Source of the DNA: Lama glama
Taxonomy: Eukaryota
NCBI GenBank assembly: GCA_028534125.1
Contig: CM052818.1
Span: 2,606,001 to 2,670,000 of the forward strand
Length of the DNA stretch: 64,000 nt
Direction: 5' to 3'
Shown: in pieces, positions 10,367 to 25,912 of the stretch
How the letters are laid out: every line of letters begins with the position of its first letter
Numbering within the stretch: the first letter of the stretch is position 1
Translations under genes and position numbers: made by a program
Notes under the pieces: generated by a model
Seen by the model: the letters and a program-made list of their open reading frames with translations, nothing else
What the model was told of the DNA's origin: nothing
Database searches by the model: none

Positions 10367-12919
10367 GGAAATCCCTGGAAACATGGTGCCAAGGGCATAA
10401 CGGTATGCAGCTTAGAGTCCTGACAGATGATAGACGCAGGATTAGGTGTAATATTTCAGTCAGTGGTGTTTCCTCTTCCCTTCCCACCCCACCCCCACCC
10501 CCATCAGGGGATGTGCACTTTAAGAGAAACCCTGAGGAAGAACAGGATGGATCCAGAGGACTGTCCTTCTAACGGTGGCTTTCCAGGCACTGCATCAGGT
10601 CATCCTGAATGGAAATTTGGGCTTGGGGTCTTCCTCATACCCTTGACATCACACCACCCCCTCCTCAGGCAAATGCCTCGCCCCGCCCCAAGCCTGTCCT
10701 GTGTGCTGAGCAATCTCTGTTCTCTCCCAAGAGTGAGAGGGGCAGGGGCCACCATCAGAGGAGCTCGCTGGCCCGGCCGGTCCCACGTGGCCAGCCATGT
10801 GCGGTTCAGCGGCTGTCTGAGGTCTAAGCAGAGGGGACAGCAGCGCCTTTCCTGAGACAAGTGGGAAGAAGGTATTAGCCATGGCTGACCGAGCGGTGAC
10901 CCAAGGCCCAACACAGAGCCAATTAGCAGCCATCACAGTGGTAGTGGACTCGCCACGGCTTCCACGAGAAGCCCCACGTGTGACTGGCATGTCAGGCCGA
11001 GTTAGCACCGGGCGGGCTGAGCAGATCTGGCTGGAGGCTGCCTGCATGGGGGAACAGTGGTGATAATGCTTCCCCTGGGCTCTGGGGAGCTGGGCCAAGC
11101 GAGATGCGGGAGCGTGCGCAAGTCAGCCCTAGAGACCCCGTGTGGGTGTCCGTGTGCATGGTGCGTGCAACACTGTCTTCATCCAGGACTCGGGTGCCAC
11201 CGTCGTGTGCATGCCTGCTCACCTCCCTGTAGCAGGATTAGTGTGTCCTTTGTGTGCCTACCTCGGGTGAGCAGGAAATTCTAGGACTCAGCAGGTCAAA
11301 GTCCCTGTCCTCACAGGGCTTACACTCTAGAAGGAGAGACAGAAAAGAAACAAGTAAACATCTACTATATTGACGTGGGGTGGAAGGTGCTACGAGGAAA
11401 AGCAAAACAGGAAATGGGATGGTGGACGCTATTTTGGGTTGTGATCAGGGACGGCCCCACCGAGGAGGTGATCTTGACATGACAGAGGGAGCAGCTTGTG
11501 AGGAGGGCTGTAGGCAGAGGATGGACAGTAAGCAGAGCGGCCAGTGTGTGTGGTATGACAGGAGGAGAAGGGAGATCCCACAGCTGGGGTGACATGTGAC
11601 AGCCAGGACATGGGGACAGCCCTCAGTGAGAACCTACTTGCCCAGCTTAGCTCTGAGGGGCAGCTCTGACCACCTCCCCAAATGCAATCCCACCGTCCAG
11701 CACAGAGAGTCCTCCTCTGCTTGTGCAGGGCCTGGGGCCGTCCCTGGGAGGGCCTCTCAGCACTGCTGATGTGACCACACAGCCACAAGAGGGGCCACTG
11801 GCGGGGAGAGGGAACAGGGCTCCCACAGCAGGCTCGCCCATGGGACCAGAGCCCGAAACTGGCCTTGAAGCTGCATCCCAGAGGCCGGAGATAAGCCCAC
11901 CTGCGGGGACCCTGATGTATGGGACCCGCTGGCATGCGGTGTGTAATGGGACAGCCGAGAGGCTGCTAGGGGACATGGAGACCTCGGATCAGGCTCTCTC
12001 GGCCCAGACTTTCCCTTGGGAAGACTGGCAGAGTGCAGCCACCAGGGCTAGGCCTTGGGAAATCTGGAGGCCTCGCTCACTGTCCCATGCACCTCCTCTC
12101 TGTGGAAGGAGCAGAAGGAAGGTGCTGCAATCTGATTTCAGACATGGTCCTCCATTTCCCAAACCCCACGGCCCTGGACAGAGAGCCTCGAAGGCCTAGG
12201 CGGGGAAGCCTCCAGGAGAGGTCAGGTGGATGGAAGGAAAGGGAGGTGGTTGGGTAGGAAGCTCTTGTCACCACCCCAAACCAGCTGATGGCTCCCTGGG
12301 GCAGATGGATTGGGGCGTCTCAGGATGATGGCAGACGTGGAGCGTGTCTGAGTGTCTTGCTGGAGAACCTGCATCCTCAGGTCTGCTTGTACAAGTGCGT
12401 GCCGGGTGTTTGGGTCAGTCTGGGGCCTTCTTGGTTGTCTGTGTGTCTGTGAGCGAGTTCCCTGTGCCTCTGCGCCTAGATGTCTGCCCGTGGGCACCTC
12501 CGTGGCCCCCGCACGTGCCAGCTATGGGGGTGCCACTCTGGGTATGTGCTTTTCAGGGTGTGAGGGAGGGAGGTGTCTTGAGGTTTGTCGCCTGTCAGCC
12601 TCTGAAGCTCTAACACTCTGTTCCCTGGCGGGAGCCCAGGGCTCTCGGGGAGAAGCTGCCTGCTCCATTCCCGTCAAGGCGGCGGCTGGGGGAGGCGGGA
12701 GAGAGAGACGAGCAGCTCTGGGGAGACCTGGAGTGCTGGGCGGGTGGGCAGAGATCTGCACTTAGCTCTGCCTTCGCTGTCACTGCCCCCTGCTGCTGCA
12801 TGGCTGGCCGGACTGGCGGCCCCAAACCGGTCCCACCCTGACTCTGGCCTCTTCCTGACCTCTGCCTGTGGTTTCAGACACTCGTCACTGCAGCTGCCGA
12901 CCCCGAGTGGGCATGCAGC

Positions 12920-13352
12920 GTGGGGAGGTGAGAGGGAGGGCCTGGGAGGGGCAGCCAGGGCACTGGCTTCTGAGCATCTCCATGTGCTTCTCTCAGGGTT
13001 CAGCCAGGGCAGGGGTGGAAGACATGGGTCTCACAGATGGCTGGGGAGGCAAGTCGTCAACTCCTGGAAAAGTCATGGGGAGGCAGCAGATGAACCCAGT
13101 GAGGACTACAGAATCCGGGTGCAAAAAGGAGGCCAGAGAAGACATGGGTTAGAATGGGTTGGAGCACCCAGGAAGGCTTCCTGGAGGAGGAATATTAAGA
13201 GGGTCTTGAAGGACTGGCAGGAACTAGACGGTCAGAGAGAAGGGGCAGGAAGAGTGCTGTAAGTTGGGGAGGAGGGTCTGTGAGGGCAGAAAGCCCTGAT
13301 GATCAGGGTTCTTTAGGATTCCAGAGCCACGATTCAGTGTCTTGTGTCGGGG
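12920..13352 (+). repeat. Copy 2 of the ~430 bp direct duplication (partner 7940-8372)
   Basis: Colinear with copy 1, with scattered substitutions and small indels. Confidence 0.85.
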
Positions 13353-13902
13353 TAATGGGTTGGGCTAGGAAAATGATGCCTCATATAACTCAAGGGTGGG
13401 GAGGAAGCTGGGATAGGAGGGGCCTGGAACTAGGGTCCGGAAGGCCTAGGCCACACCCCACTGACTGTGACTGCTCACATGTCAGCCCGGGGCCCTCTCA
13501 CTACAGTCTGGCTTCTTTTGTTGTCATCCACATAGTGGCTCTCAAGGTGACCTTGTAATGGCTCAGTGCCACGGGCTACACACAGGCTGATCTAGCTTTG
13601 TCTCAGGCTGCCTTTTCAGTTCTGGAAAAGAGAATCTGGCTAGATTCTTTAGCTTGGATCAAGGATCCACCCCTCCAAGTGTGTAGTGGGATCTGGCTAA
13701 AGACGGCTGTAGGGCCAGGCCTGTAGGCGGGATGTGCTGGCGTGCCAGGCCCTGGCTGGGCACTGGGGAGGCAGAAATGAGCACATGCCCAGGGCTTCCG
13801 CAGGAAACATTTGAGCTGGGTCTTGAAGAAAGAGTAGGAGTTTATTTACAATAGCCAAGACATGGAAACAACCTAAATGTCTATCGACAGATGACTGGAT
13901 AA

Positions 13903-13904
<2 letters not shown>

Positions 13905-13948
<44 letters not shown>
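13905..13948. repeat. (GT)22 microsatellite following a short L1 fragment
   Basis: Read directly. Confidence 0.97.
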
Positions 13949-13951
<3 letters not shown>

Positions 13952-14689
13952 AAATATGTGAAGAATGGCTATTCTGAGGCCGTGCATCCGTGCGAAAGGC
14001 ATTCTCCTGTGTGCAGTCTGTCTCCCCTCCCTGGCCTGCATGAAAATGGACCTCAGGCTGGAACATCTCCTTGCCAAGAGACAAACAGCCCAGGCGGCCG
14101 TGCCGGCTTGTTGCCTGGGTGTGGGATTACCTTTCCCTGATTCGAGCTCAATGTGTGCTCCTTTGTTCAGCTTGTATCTGTGTATCAGTGGCCCTCAGGC
14201 ACACCCACAGATTTCAGTATTTCAGACTGCATGAAGGAGGGGTCAGGGTCCTTCCGCAGCAGCACAAGAGAGTGTGCGCAGAGGCTAAGCGCCCTGCGTC
14301 TGCCGCGCCTGCCATCAGGGCCACCTGCTGGCCACAAGGGACCAACACCCACCCACTGCGGAAGCTGCTCCTGCTGTCTCTTCTCTATGGGAGTAAAGTG
14401 TTGTGCCATCAGCGCTTGAGTGGGTCATGTTTTCCTTGACGATTGCAACACCAAGATGCCATGGGCAGAAGTGCTGGGCCTTCTGTTCTGGTGGCTGACA
14501 GTGTGGTGCTCTTTGCTGCCCTCCATGTTGTTGAAGTCTTCCCCTGGCACTAGTTACCAGTACACGGTACTGTGGTTATGCATGTGGGTACTGGTGCCCG
14601 GAAGACTGAAGACTGAGGTGACCAACTGACCCAAGTTTGCCCATGACTTTCCTGCCCGTGGTCCTGAAAGTCCTGTGTCCTGGTTGGTC

Positions 14690-14880
14690 ACCCAGTCTGG
14701 GACTAACTGGCTGTGTGATCTTGATCAAATTACCTAACCTCTCTGTGCCCCCAGATTCCTCCTCTGTAAAATGGGTGTGAAAATAATACCTACTTTTTAG
14801 AATTTTCAAGAGGATTAAGTGAAAGTGTTTCTGTAAAGGACCTAGCTCGGGGCCTGGCAGAAAGACGTGTTCAGCAAATA
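14690..14880 (+). mobile_element. MIR SINE remnant
   Basis: ctgtgtgatcttgatcaaattacctaacctctctgtgcc..cctctgtaaaatggg...gaggattaagtga, the MIR core. Confidence 0.7.
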
Positions 14881-15383
14881 TCAGCCATGAATAACCACAT
14901 TATATTAGATTTATAGACTTTTTCTGGGGACTCCTACAGAGGGAAACTGGATCATTCCGTTCAGTAGAAGGAAATATTGCCTCACAGATTACAGAATAGA
15001 TAGTTGCCAAGATGTTCAAATAAAGGCTGATGGTGGGCCTGCGCTGTGCGGTGGAACTTCCTCCTGGCCCCTTTATTTCTTAGTCTTTTGGTTGATTCAT
15101 CTCAGCGTCCTCCTTTTCTCCTTGAGGAGGGCAGCAGGCTTGTCAGAGAGAGCTGTCCCTTTTCTTCTAATCAGGATTTCCTGCCATGGGAGGCCACTCG
15201 GAGCTGCTTGAATTGACAGGCAGACACTCCAGCCACGATTCTAGGGATCTGGGTTAGGCAGAGGCAGAGCGAACACAAACAGCCGTCTAATGGGGCTGCC
15301 TCCTCCTTGGAGAGGAGCTCCCAGCCCTGCCTGGGCCTCCATCAGCCAGCTGCTTCCCCACAACCCTGCTCAGGGGCTCTTCC

Positions 15384-15384
<1 letters not shown>

Positions 15385-15468
<84 letters not shown>
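15385..15468. repeat. Compound microsatellite (TG)25(AG)17
   Basis: Read directly. Confidence 0.97.
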
Positions 15469-15470
<2 letters not shown>

Positions 15471-16789
15471 GCAAGGGTCTCCAGTGGTGTGTGCAAAGCC
15501 TCAGAGCACTCCCTCCCCCTGCCTTGTTCTTTCCCGTCATTCCCCAGCCTCACGCCTTCACAAGCCCCCTCCCCTCTTCCCAGTCCTCTCAGGCCCAGTA
15601 GCTTAGCTGAAAACAACGCTGAGGCAATTAACAGAGCCCTTTGAGGACTTGCCACCAGAAAGCTCTTTGACTCAGCCACCTGAGTTGGGCCCCCAGGCCT
15701 GTGATGGGATGGGGGAGGAGTGCCAGGGACACCAGGGCTTCCCGGGTGGGGACAGCGGCAGAGCAGAGACACAGGCTCAGGAGGCCCAGGTGACGTGGGC
15801 ATATGGATTATGTGGACGTAGCAGTGGTCACTGTCCTTTATGGTTTGTGGCGTCTCTCTTCCTAGAATTTTACTCTGGCTGACCCGCTGCAGAATCAAGA
15901 CTATGAGGTGAGATGCCAAACAGGAAAGCTGCTGACTACATGGACCATCACAGGACAAATTTTCCTCTAGGATGTGGGCACCTTAGAGAGGGGACATCAT
16001 GTGGCGACACTGTATGTATTAGGGATAGAGCGGGAATGGGGCTGGCATGTGCCCTTAAATCTTCCTGCCCCAACACGGCGCTTCTGTTGTGGCTGCCAGG
16101 GAAAGAGGCAAGAGCTAGCCAGGGGGAGAAGAGGAAGCAGAGAGAAGAGCGGCCTGGGTCTCCAGCCCTGTCTCTGCCTTCACGGTGTCTCTCACAAAAC
16201 AACCACTGCTTGTAGCCAGACCAGGGCTCGCCCTCCTGGTCCTCACTCTAACACTGGCAGTGGGGCTCCCAGTTGTCTCTGGAAATTCCTTCAATAGGCT
16301 TTGAACTGGCCCTGGCTTTGGTCCTCTTCAGCTCCTCTGGATGCCACTAGGGGGCAGCAGAGAACATAACCGGCTGGGGGAACTTGAGCCACACACTCCT
16401 ACACTCCTACACTCCCCAGCCTTTTCATTCCACACTTCCCTGCCCTTCCCTGCTCAGGCCCGAGCCACTGGGACCACAGAACCAACTAAATGCCTGTTCT
16501 CGGCCTTGGGTGCAGTGAAGGTGTTAAGTCTGCGAGAGTGTGAGAAAGTTAGCTGGTGAAAACACTGGAGGGGACCAGAGGTGAAAAGAGGTGGCCAAAG
16601 CCAGAACCTGAGGTGTATTCATTAACTTCTATAAGGATAAAGTAGAGGGGTAAGAGAAAGAGCCAGGGGACCAGGCAGGGAGATGAAGCAGGGCCCAGCC
16701 CACTGGCCAGTGGCATCTGAGGACCAGGCAGGCAGAATCGCCGACAGCAAAGGCACGTTACTTTAGGAGACCAGAGAAAGCCACAGTCA

Positions 16790-16985
16790 GACAGTCCAGA
16801 TTCAAACCGCAGCTCCTCCAAGTACTAGCTGTGTGACCTAAGATAAGGTACTGAACCTCTCTGAGGCTCGGTTTCTTATCTGTGAAATGGAGACAGTAAC
16901 AGCATTTTCTGTTCCACTAGATGTGAGCGCTAAATGGGTTGAAACACAAATCACTTAGAACAGTGTCTGGCACAGAGGAAGAACA
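16790..16985 (+). mobile_element. MIR SINE remnant
   Basis: ttcaaacc...actagctgtgtgacctaagataag..actgaacctctctgaggctcggtttcttatctgtgaaatggag. Confidence 0.7.
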
Positions 16986-18319
16986 CTATACATGCACTTG
17001 TGTGCATTTATAGAAACACTATAAAAAGAAACAAGAAGCAGTCACTGTTTTCTGCAGAAGAGATCCATATGATGTTGAAAGAGCTAGTTTCCCTAGAACA
17101 TCCTCATGAGATGTATGGGAATGGGTCCCCACACTTGCAGGCATCAAATGGTAATATATGAGTGTGTGAGTCAGTCAAGTTAAGGGAGCACGTGTAACAC
17201 TGGTGTAAGTGTATGGTGTCACTGAGGTCTGACAATGTGTAAATCAATAAAGCTTTGAATCTACAAATCTTTTCAGTCTTGAGTCCCGTGAATTGAGCAT
17301 GGGAGCCCTCCTGCTCCCTCCCATCCCTCCTTCAAGAGAGGCTGGGTTTTTTTCATCCTTATGACCTCCTGCCTGAGCTTGGGTCCCAAAGAGCATCCCT
17401 GAGCCTGCCTTGCCCTGCACTGTAGGGCCGGTGAAGCAGATGGGAGTCAGTGCCTCTGGCTTGCTTCTCACAGAGCACAGGCTTCTCCCTTCCTGCTGGC
17501 CCAGAGGAAATGCAAATCCAGGGGCCAGTTTTGACTCTAAGATGATGGAGAAGTGAAAGTGCCCAGCTCTGGAATAACAATCCTGAATCAGTCATCTGAA
17601 TGAGCTCAACATTTTTGGACCTCAAATTTCCTTATCTACAATTCTGGAGAGGGGAGGGAGGATACTTTTGTAATAATTTTCCTCCTTCCCTGGGAGGATA
17701 ATGGTTAGGAAAAATTAAGACTGGTGGAGATTTTATTGTGCTTCTATTGACTGATGCTTCTATGTCTCAAATACAAACTCCCCAGTAGAAAAGACCTGAC
17801 CATGAAGCTCCCCTATGGGGCCAATCAGAGGTGACTGGGTCACATGATCCAAGATTAGCCAACTTACCTGTAAGGTGCCACAGGCTTTTCTCACAAAGGG
17901 ACTGAGCGATGACAGTTTGAGGCATCCTAGCAGGTCCAGCATACTACAAACATTTAAATATTCAACTTAATTTATGAATAAGTAATATATTTACATAGTT
18001 CAATGTTTTAAGGATATATATATTGGGCATAGAGTGGAAACGCCCTCTCTTTCTCTTGAACCCCACTCTTTCTCTTCCTACCAAGCAAGCAAAGTTACTG
18101 TTTTCTAATGGATCCTTCTGGAGATATTCCATATAAAGAAATATCTATGCAGACAGATACTTCCTCTCCATTCTTTTGCTTTTTTCCAAGAGGGCATCCT
18201 TCTGATGTGGGTACATGAAGAACATCCCCAATTGTATTTATGACTCTGCTTTATGATGTACCAAAACGCACTTGCCCAGTTTCCTATTCATGAACATTTA
18301 AGTTGTTTTCAGTCTCCTG

Positions 18320-18500
18320 GTTTGTTCTTTCTAGTGACCATCCCCCATCTTGCAGCTATTCGGGAGCCCAACAAGAGTCACCTCATTAGAACGAAAGATG
18401 CTCCCATCACCCAGGAAATTCCAAAAGATTTCAGAGCTCTGTGTCAGGAACTGGGGGCAAAGACCATATATAAGAATATATATATTCTTATTATGTCACT
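18320..18500. mobile_element. MER21-like LTR fragment
   Basis: gtgaccatcccccatc...aagagtcacctcattagaac.aaagatgctcc.atcacccaggaaattccaa...gagctctgtgtcaggaac matches MER21 as recalled. Confidence 0.65.
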
Positions 18501-18639
18501 GGTAGGTAGTTATTAGGTTTTTTGTTGGATCTGCTTATTTATGCATTAATAAAGAAGCATATATATTACTATATCAGTTTTCTAAAAAAAATTTTGATAT
18601 CTGTATTTCAATATAATTCCTTTGTAATCTTATGTATTT

Positions 18640-19210
18640 TTTAATCATGGCAAACTATACATAACACAAAATTTACCATTTTAACCATTTTAAGTGTACA
18701 AATCAGTGGCTTTAAGTACATTCACAATGTTGTGCAACCATCACTACCATCCATCTCCAGAACTTTTTCATCTTAAAACTGAAACTCTGTACCCATTAAA
18801 TAACTCCTTATTACCCTGCCCAGTCCCTTCCCCATCCCATCACCATCCTACTTTCTGTCTCTATGATTTTGACTACCCAGATGAGTAGACTCATACTGTA
18901 TTTGTCCTTTTGTGTCTGGTTTATTTTACTTAGCATAATGTCCTCAAGGTTCATCCATGTTATAACATGTATCAGAATTTCATGTATTTTTAAGGCTGAA
19001 TAATATTCCATTGTATGAATATGCCATTTTGTTTATCCATTCATCTGTTGGACATTTGAGTTGTTTCCACCTTTTGACTGTTGCAAACAATGCTGCCATG
19101 AACATGGGTGAGCAAAAATCTCTTTGAATCCCTGCTTTCAGTACTTTTGGGTGTATACCCAGGAGTGGAATTTCTCGATAAGATGGTAATTCTGTTTAAA
19201 TTTTTTGAGG
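18640..19210 (-). mobile_element. L1MB-like 3' fragment
   Basis: aaatttaccattttaaccattttaagtgtaca...ttcacaatgttgtgcaaccatc...ttagcataatgtcctcaaggttcatccatgt...tttgggtgtatacccaggagtggaatt. Confidence 0.8.
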
Positions 19211-19659
19211 AATATATATTTATTTTTATGCATGAAAGATATTCTGAGGTAAGAAACATACCAGACTCCCGTTTCACATACGTTGTTTTTGCATGCCTGT
19301 CTCCACCACTAGATGGGGGACTTCTTGATAAGGGCTGCCCTGCACCTTGGGCCCCCTCAGCTCTCCCAGAGGCACAGTAAACGCATTCAGCGCCTAGTGG
19401 GCGAACACAGCCGAGAGGGAGATTTTGGCTTAAGGATGACTCTTCAAAGGCGCCCCAATTTCAATCTGTGCCACTTCCTAGACGTATAACCCAATGCAAA
19501 GGAAACTGCCTTGGCCGCGGCTTCCCCATCCATAAAATGATCTACATCATCGGATTAATTTCCGTGAATTTACAGCCTGGCCTTTAGCACGGTGCCTGGC
19601 ACACGTTAGGCACTCAACAGTTTTGTCACTGTAACCTGCGGTAGCAAGAGAAAGCGCTG

Positions 19660-20520
<861 letters not shown>

Positions 20521-21061
20521 ACTACACTCTCTGACTTTGGCATGCTTTCCGCTTCTGGCTAGTTCCTACTCTTGATTTCAGCCGAGATCTCACCTCCTCC
20601 GGGAAGCCCTCCTTATGGGGTTTAATGGCTCAGCAGTGCCCAGTACTTTCCCTGAAGTAGCACTTGTCACGCTGGGATCGTCTGACTTCCCTCCGCCCTC
20701 AGCAACACCCTCCCAGCCCCCACTCCCGCTAAGCTGTGTCAGGGATGGTGCCTTGTCTGTCTCCTCGTCCTGTAGTCTCAGCACTTGGCCCACACTAAGT
20801 GCCAACAGATAGTTAATGAATGAGTGAATGAAATCCCTATTTATGGGCCAGAGGTTAGGTTCGTGCTGAGGCATCAAAAAGTGAGGTTTTCATTCACATT
20901 TATGAAATCTCTCCTTACTGCCCCGACAAAGTGTTACTTCAGACTTGGGAGGGTAACATATGGGTTGTTTAGTTTGTTCCTTAGTGGAGTCCATGAAGGG
21001 TGGGTGGGGACTCAGCTGCAGAGAGAGGGATGAGCAGGACGGTGGGCGTGACCCTGGCTAA

Positions 21062-21286
<225 letters not shown>

Positions 21287-22279
21287 TGAGGGTCCCACCC
21301 CCACCTCCCTGCCCTGTACCTTTTTCCCTGGGTCTGTTCTCCTGGGCCCAGGTCTTCCCTGTCCTCCTTCCCCAGGTGGCATCGTTTCACTGCATGCCTC
21401 GTTCTTGGCTCCCTAAGGAGAGAGTGCCCGTTCTCTGTTGACAGGACTGTGGCTTTGCCTTTGCTTGGCCATCTTCAATTGTCTTAGCCCTCTGCTTTAC
21501 TCACAGCGTTTAGAACTGAGAGGAACCCTAAGAACAGTTTTGAGTACTTGTTCATTGCCCTCTAATTGGATCAAATGACTTACTCTAAGAAGGAGACACC
21601 TTCCCTGGCCCAGGCCCTGCCCTGCCCAGGGCTCATGGAAGTCTTCTCTTCCTGAGGACACAATCCTTGTCATAGATGTCAAGGCCACGGGAGTGACTCC
21701 TGGTGGATAGATTTCTGCAGCTGCAGGAAAGGTTGGGGTGGGGCTGGGGGCACACTGGGACAGGAGGAGTCCAGTGCCTCTCAAGTCACCTGGTATAAGC
21801 AGCCACTTCCACTCTGGGCATGGCCTGGGGCAGGGAGTCAGTGGTGGAGACAAGACTGTAGCTCTGGGTTCGGAGGTCCAGGTCATGGGTGTTGGTGCAG
21901 GAATTAGACCTTCATTCAACCACCTGCCTGCTACTTGTTAAGCACTGACGACTGTAAGTCCTTCAGAACAATGTTTTTCAAATTGCAAGTATGATTCATT
22001 ATTGGGTTTGTGTAATCAGTTCAGTAGGTCATTATCAGCATTTTAAAAAAAAGGAATGGAAAAGACTTGAATTGAAATTTGAGATTTGATCATATATATG
22101 TGAGTGTGTGTGTGTGTGTGTGTGTGTTTTGAGATCACGTGTTTTTCTTTCTGTGGGTTGCTGTCAAAGAAACTTTGAGAATGGCATTAAAAGATGCTGC
22201 CCTTTGGGAGCTGAGAGACTAGTTGGGGAAACAAGGAGAGACTGATGCATGAACACAGTGAGTAGGCTGGGGTTAGTGA

Positions 22280-22555
<276 letters not shown>

Positions 22556-24241
22556 TGAGGGGGACATAAAGACAAGAGGCAAAGCACTGAGGTTCCCCAG
22601 GAGGCCAGGCGGATTGGAGGATGGGGTTCTCACACATGAGAAGCTTAGAGCTCACTTTGTCACTAGTGACTAGAATTTAGGGGGATGGGATACTCAGAAA
22701 GAGAGGGCTTTCCCAGGGAGGTAAGTTTGATGAAGGGTTTGAGAAGGACAGAGAGGTGGGTTGGCTGAGAAGTTATAGCCCCTAAGAAACCACTTGACCG
22801 GAGACAGCCCAAAGCCCTTCCCCCGGCCTGCAAGCAGCTCCCCGTCCAGTCCTCTGGCCCACAGTTACGACTGAGACGAGCCTCATGGGGCCGTGGGTCT
22901 CCCTGCAGACAGCTGCCTGGGGGTGACAGGTGTGTTTGGAGGACCCTGGCCTTCCTGCCTTTCCTCTGCCACCGGTTTCTTCCCCTGGGGAGTCATCTCC
23001 CCTTTCTGACCTTGGCTTCTCCATCTGGTCAGGGATATTTGGGAGACTCATTGGGCCCACAGGTGCTTATAGATATTTATAGTTATTCCCAGGAAAGGTT
23101 CTAGAAAATACTTGGTTATCGAGATTGCCTTTTCTCCCGTTAATCATTATTAGTCTGGTTAAGACACCAGGTGGAATTGGGGTTTTCTTAGAGCTACTTT
23201 TCTGTTTCTGTGAGAGAACCTGGAAAGAGAAGGTTGCTCATAAGGAGGGCACAGTGTTAAAGCCAGGACTGAGTGCCCCGGTGCGAGGAGTCCTTCCCTG
23301 GAGACCAGACCCCTTTTGCATCTTCCCTGGGGAGGGTGTGCCCAGCAGTGAGCTCCCCCTGCTTCCCTTTGTCACTCCCCTGCCTTGCCCTCTAGATGAG
23401 GTATCTGAAGGTCTGCGGGCATCAGGCAGAGCCCCATCCTCCAGCACCCACTAGCCCCAGGTGGGCCGGGCAGGGTGGAGCTGCGGTCTTCGCCTTAGAA
23501 GGGGGAAGGCAAGCGAGGAGAAAAGAGAAAAGAGGCCTGACGGTCCGCTGTGAGGTGTGTGTGAGGGGGGTTGGGCTGAGGGGCTGCTTTGTTCTGGTGC
23601 CTGCCCTTCACCTCCCCGTGGGAACCGGAGGAGGGCCTGTCTCCGAGCAGCAGGTCCCCCGGATCTGTGCACGCATGCGCGCGCGCTCTCTCAAGTTCAG
23701 TTGCACACTAAGGGGGTGGGGAGGAGTCATCTAGAACATCCAGTTCAGACCAGTGAACCTTACCCTGGGGCAGGATGAGAAAGGACCCTCTTCCCCAGAA
23801 TTTTGAGAAGCCCTAAGGCTGCACCCCGAAGCCTCTAGCCAGCTGCCCTTTATTCCTGAGGAGCGAGAGCCTCTCTGTTTGCTGCCCAGCTGGGAGTGTG
23901 CGATCTGCACACCCATGACTTCCTTCGCCCACTGCCCATGGAGAGCGCACCGCAGGGCTCACCCCCACTAAAAACCAGGTTAATCGGCACGGTGCTTCGG
24001 ATTATGAACACTGAAGTCTCATTTCTACAACATTCAAGGAGCTTTTTTTTTAACCTACTTCTAACTTTGCTAATAAATTAGCCCTCTGCAGTGGGCAGGT
24101 GGGGGCCAATTCTTCCATTTTCACAAATGGGAAGCTGAGTTCTGGAGAGCAGTGTGTTTGGGCCGAAGCTATACCCTGAGTCGGGCGCGAAGTCAGGACT
24201 AAGACTGGGGCCTCCAGCGTCCAGGGCCTTGGGAAGGTTAG

Positions 24242-24436
<195 letters not shown>

Positions 24437-24959
24437 TGAACTCAGCTATGATTTGAAGCTGAGTCTTTTCAGGGATAACAGATTTTTTAAAAACACAGTG
24501 TAGATGCTTTTTGAAGCAGTGTGGTTGGGAAGCAGGGATCCCTTTGGCTGAGGTGGGGCCGACACTGCTCTCTCCCAGTCAGTCCTTTGGGTCTCCCAGG
24601 ATCCCAGCCTAAGGTCCTGAGGTCAGGAAGGGGCGGTGAGTGGCCTGGTTGGCACAGACCTCATAGGGCAGGACTGGGCTGAGGCCCTGAACCCTGCTGC
24701 TCCAGTTTGAACCTGGGGGAAGAACAAGGTCTCTTCTTTAGGGAATGTGGGTCAGTCATACTTTTGCCCTCCATCTGCCTCCTTCAGTTCAGAGGAGTTG
24801 CTGTCCTAGTGACCAGGATCTGGGGATCGTGGCCGCTTGGTCATCTTCAGCCTCCACCTTTCCCCACTGATTTTCTCCATGTCTGGGGATGTCCTGTCTC
24901 TTGCTTCCTGGGCCCTGCCCCTTCACGGATCAGGTGTGGGCTCTTTGGTGCACGTTTAA

Positions 24960-25431
<472 letters not shown>

Positions 25432-25906
25432 CCCCAGGAGAGGGGATGCGGGGGCAGGATCAGGAGACTCAGGTCCCTGGGCCTCTGCACTAGGTGGGGG
25501 CCGTCAGCGGGAAGCAGGCCCCCCAGCCCTGGCCCTCTTTCCCTTGACTTCCCCTGACGCCCCCATCCCTACCCTCCTTGGGAGGCTCAGCTTGGCTCAG
25601 TCTGATGCTGCCAGAGGCTGGGACCTCAGAGGGCACCAGGGAGGGGGCGGTGCCTGCTTAGCCAGCAGGCCGTGGTCCACCTAGGCGCGCGGAAGCCGAG
25701 CTCCTGTGGCCCTCCTGCCCCCTCCTGTGATGGGGCAGGCGTTCTGGCTCAGCCAGGGCAGGCAGGGCGGGGGCCATGAAGCTGGAGAGCAGACAGTGAT
25801 AAATTCACTGGGCAGATGGCTGTGGGGAGGGGCCATGACTTAGCACTTGCAAGGGAAGTTTTTGCTGTTGAACTGTGATTTCTGTCCAAGTGCTAATTTC
25901 CGTTTG

Positions 25907-25912
25907 AATAAA
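25907..25912 (+). terminator. Proximal AATAAA poly(A) signal candidate for TEX261 (further candidates at 26314 and 28012)
   Basis: AATAAA about 475 nt after the stop, followed by GT-rich sequence (ggtggcactgtttg). Confidence 0.55.
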
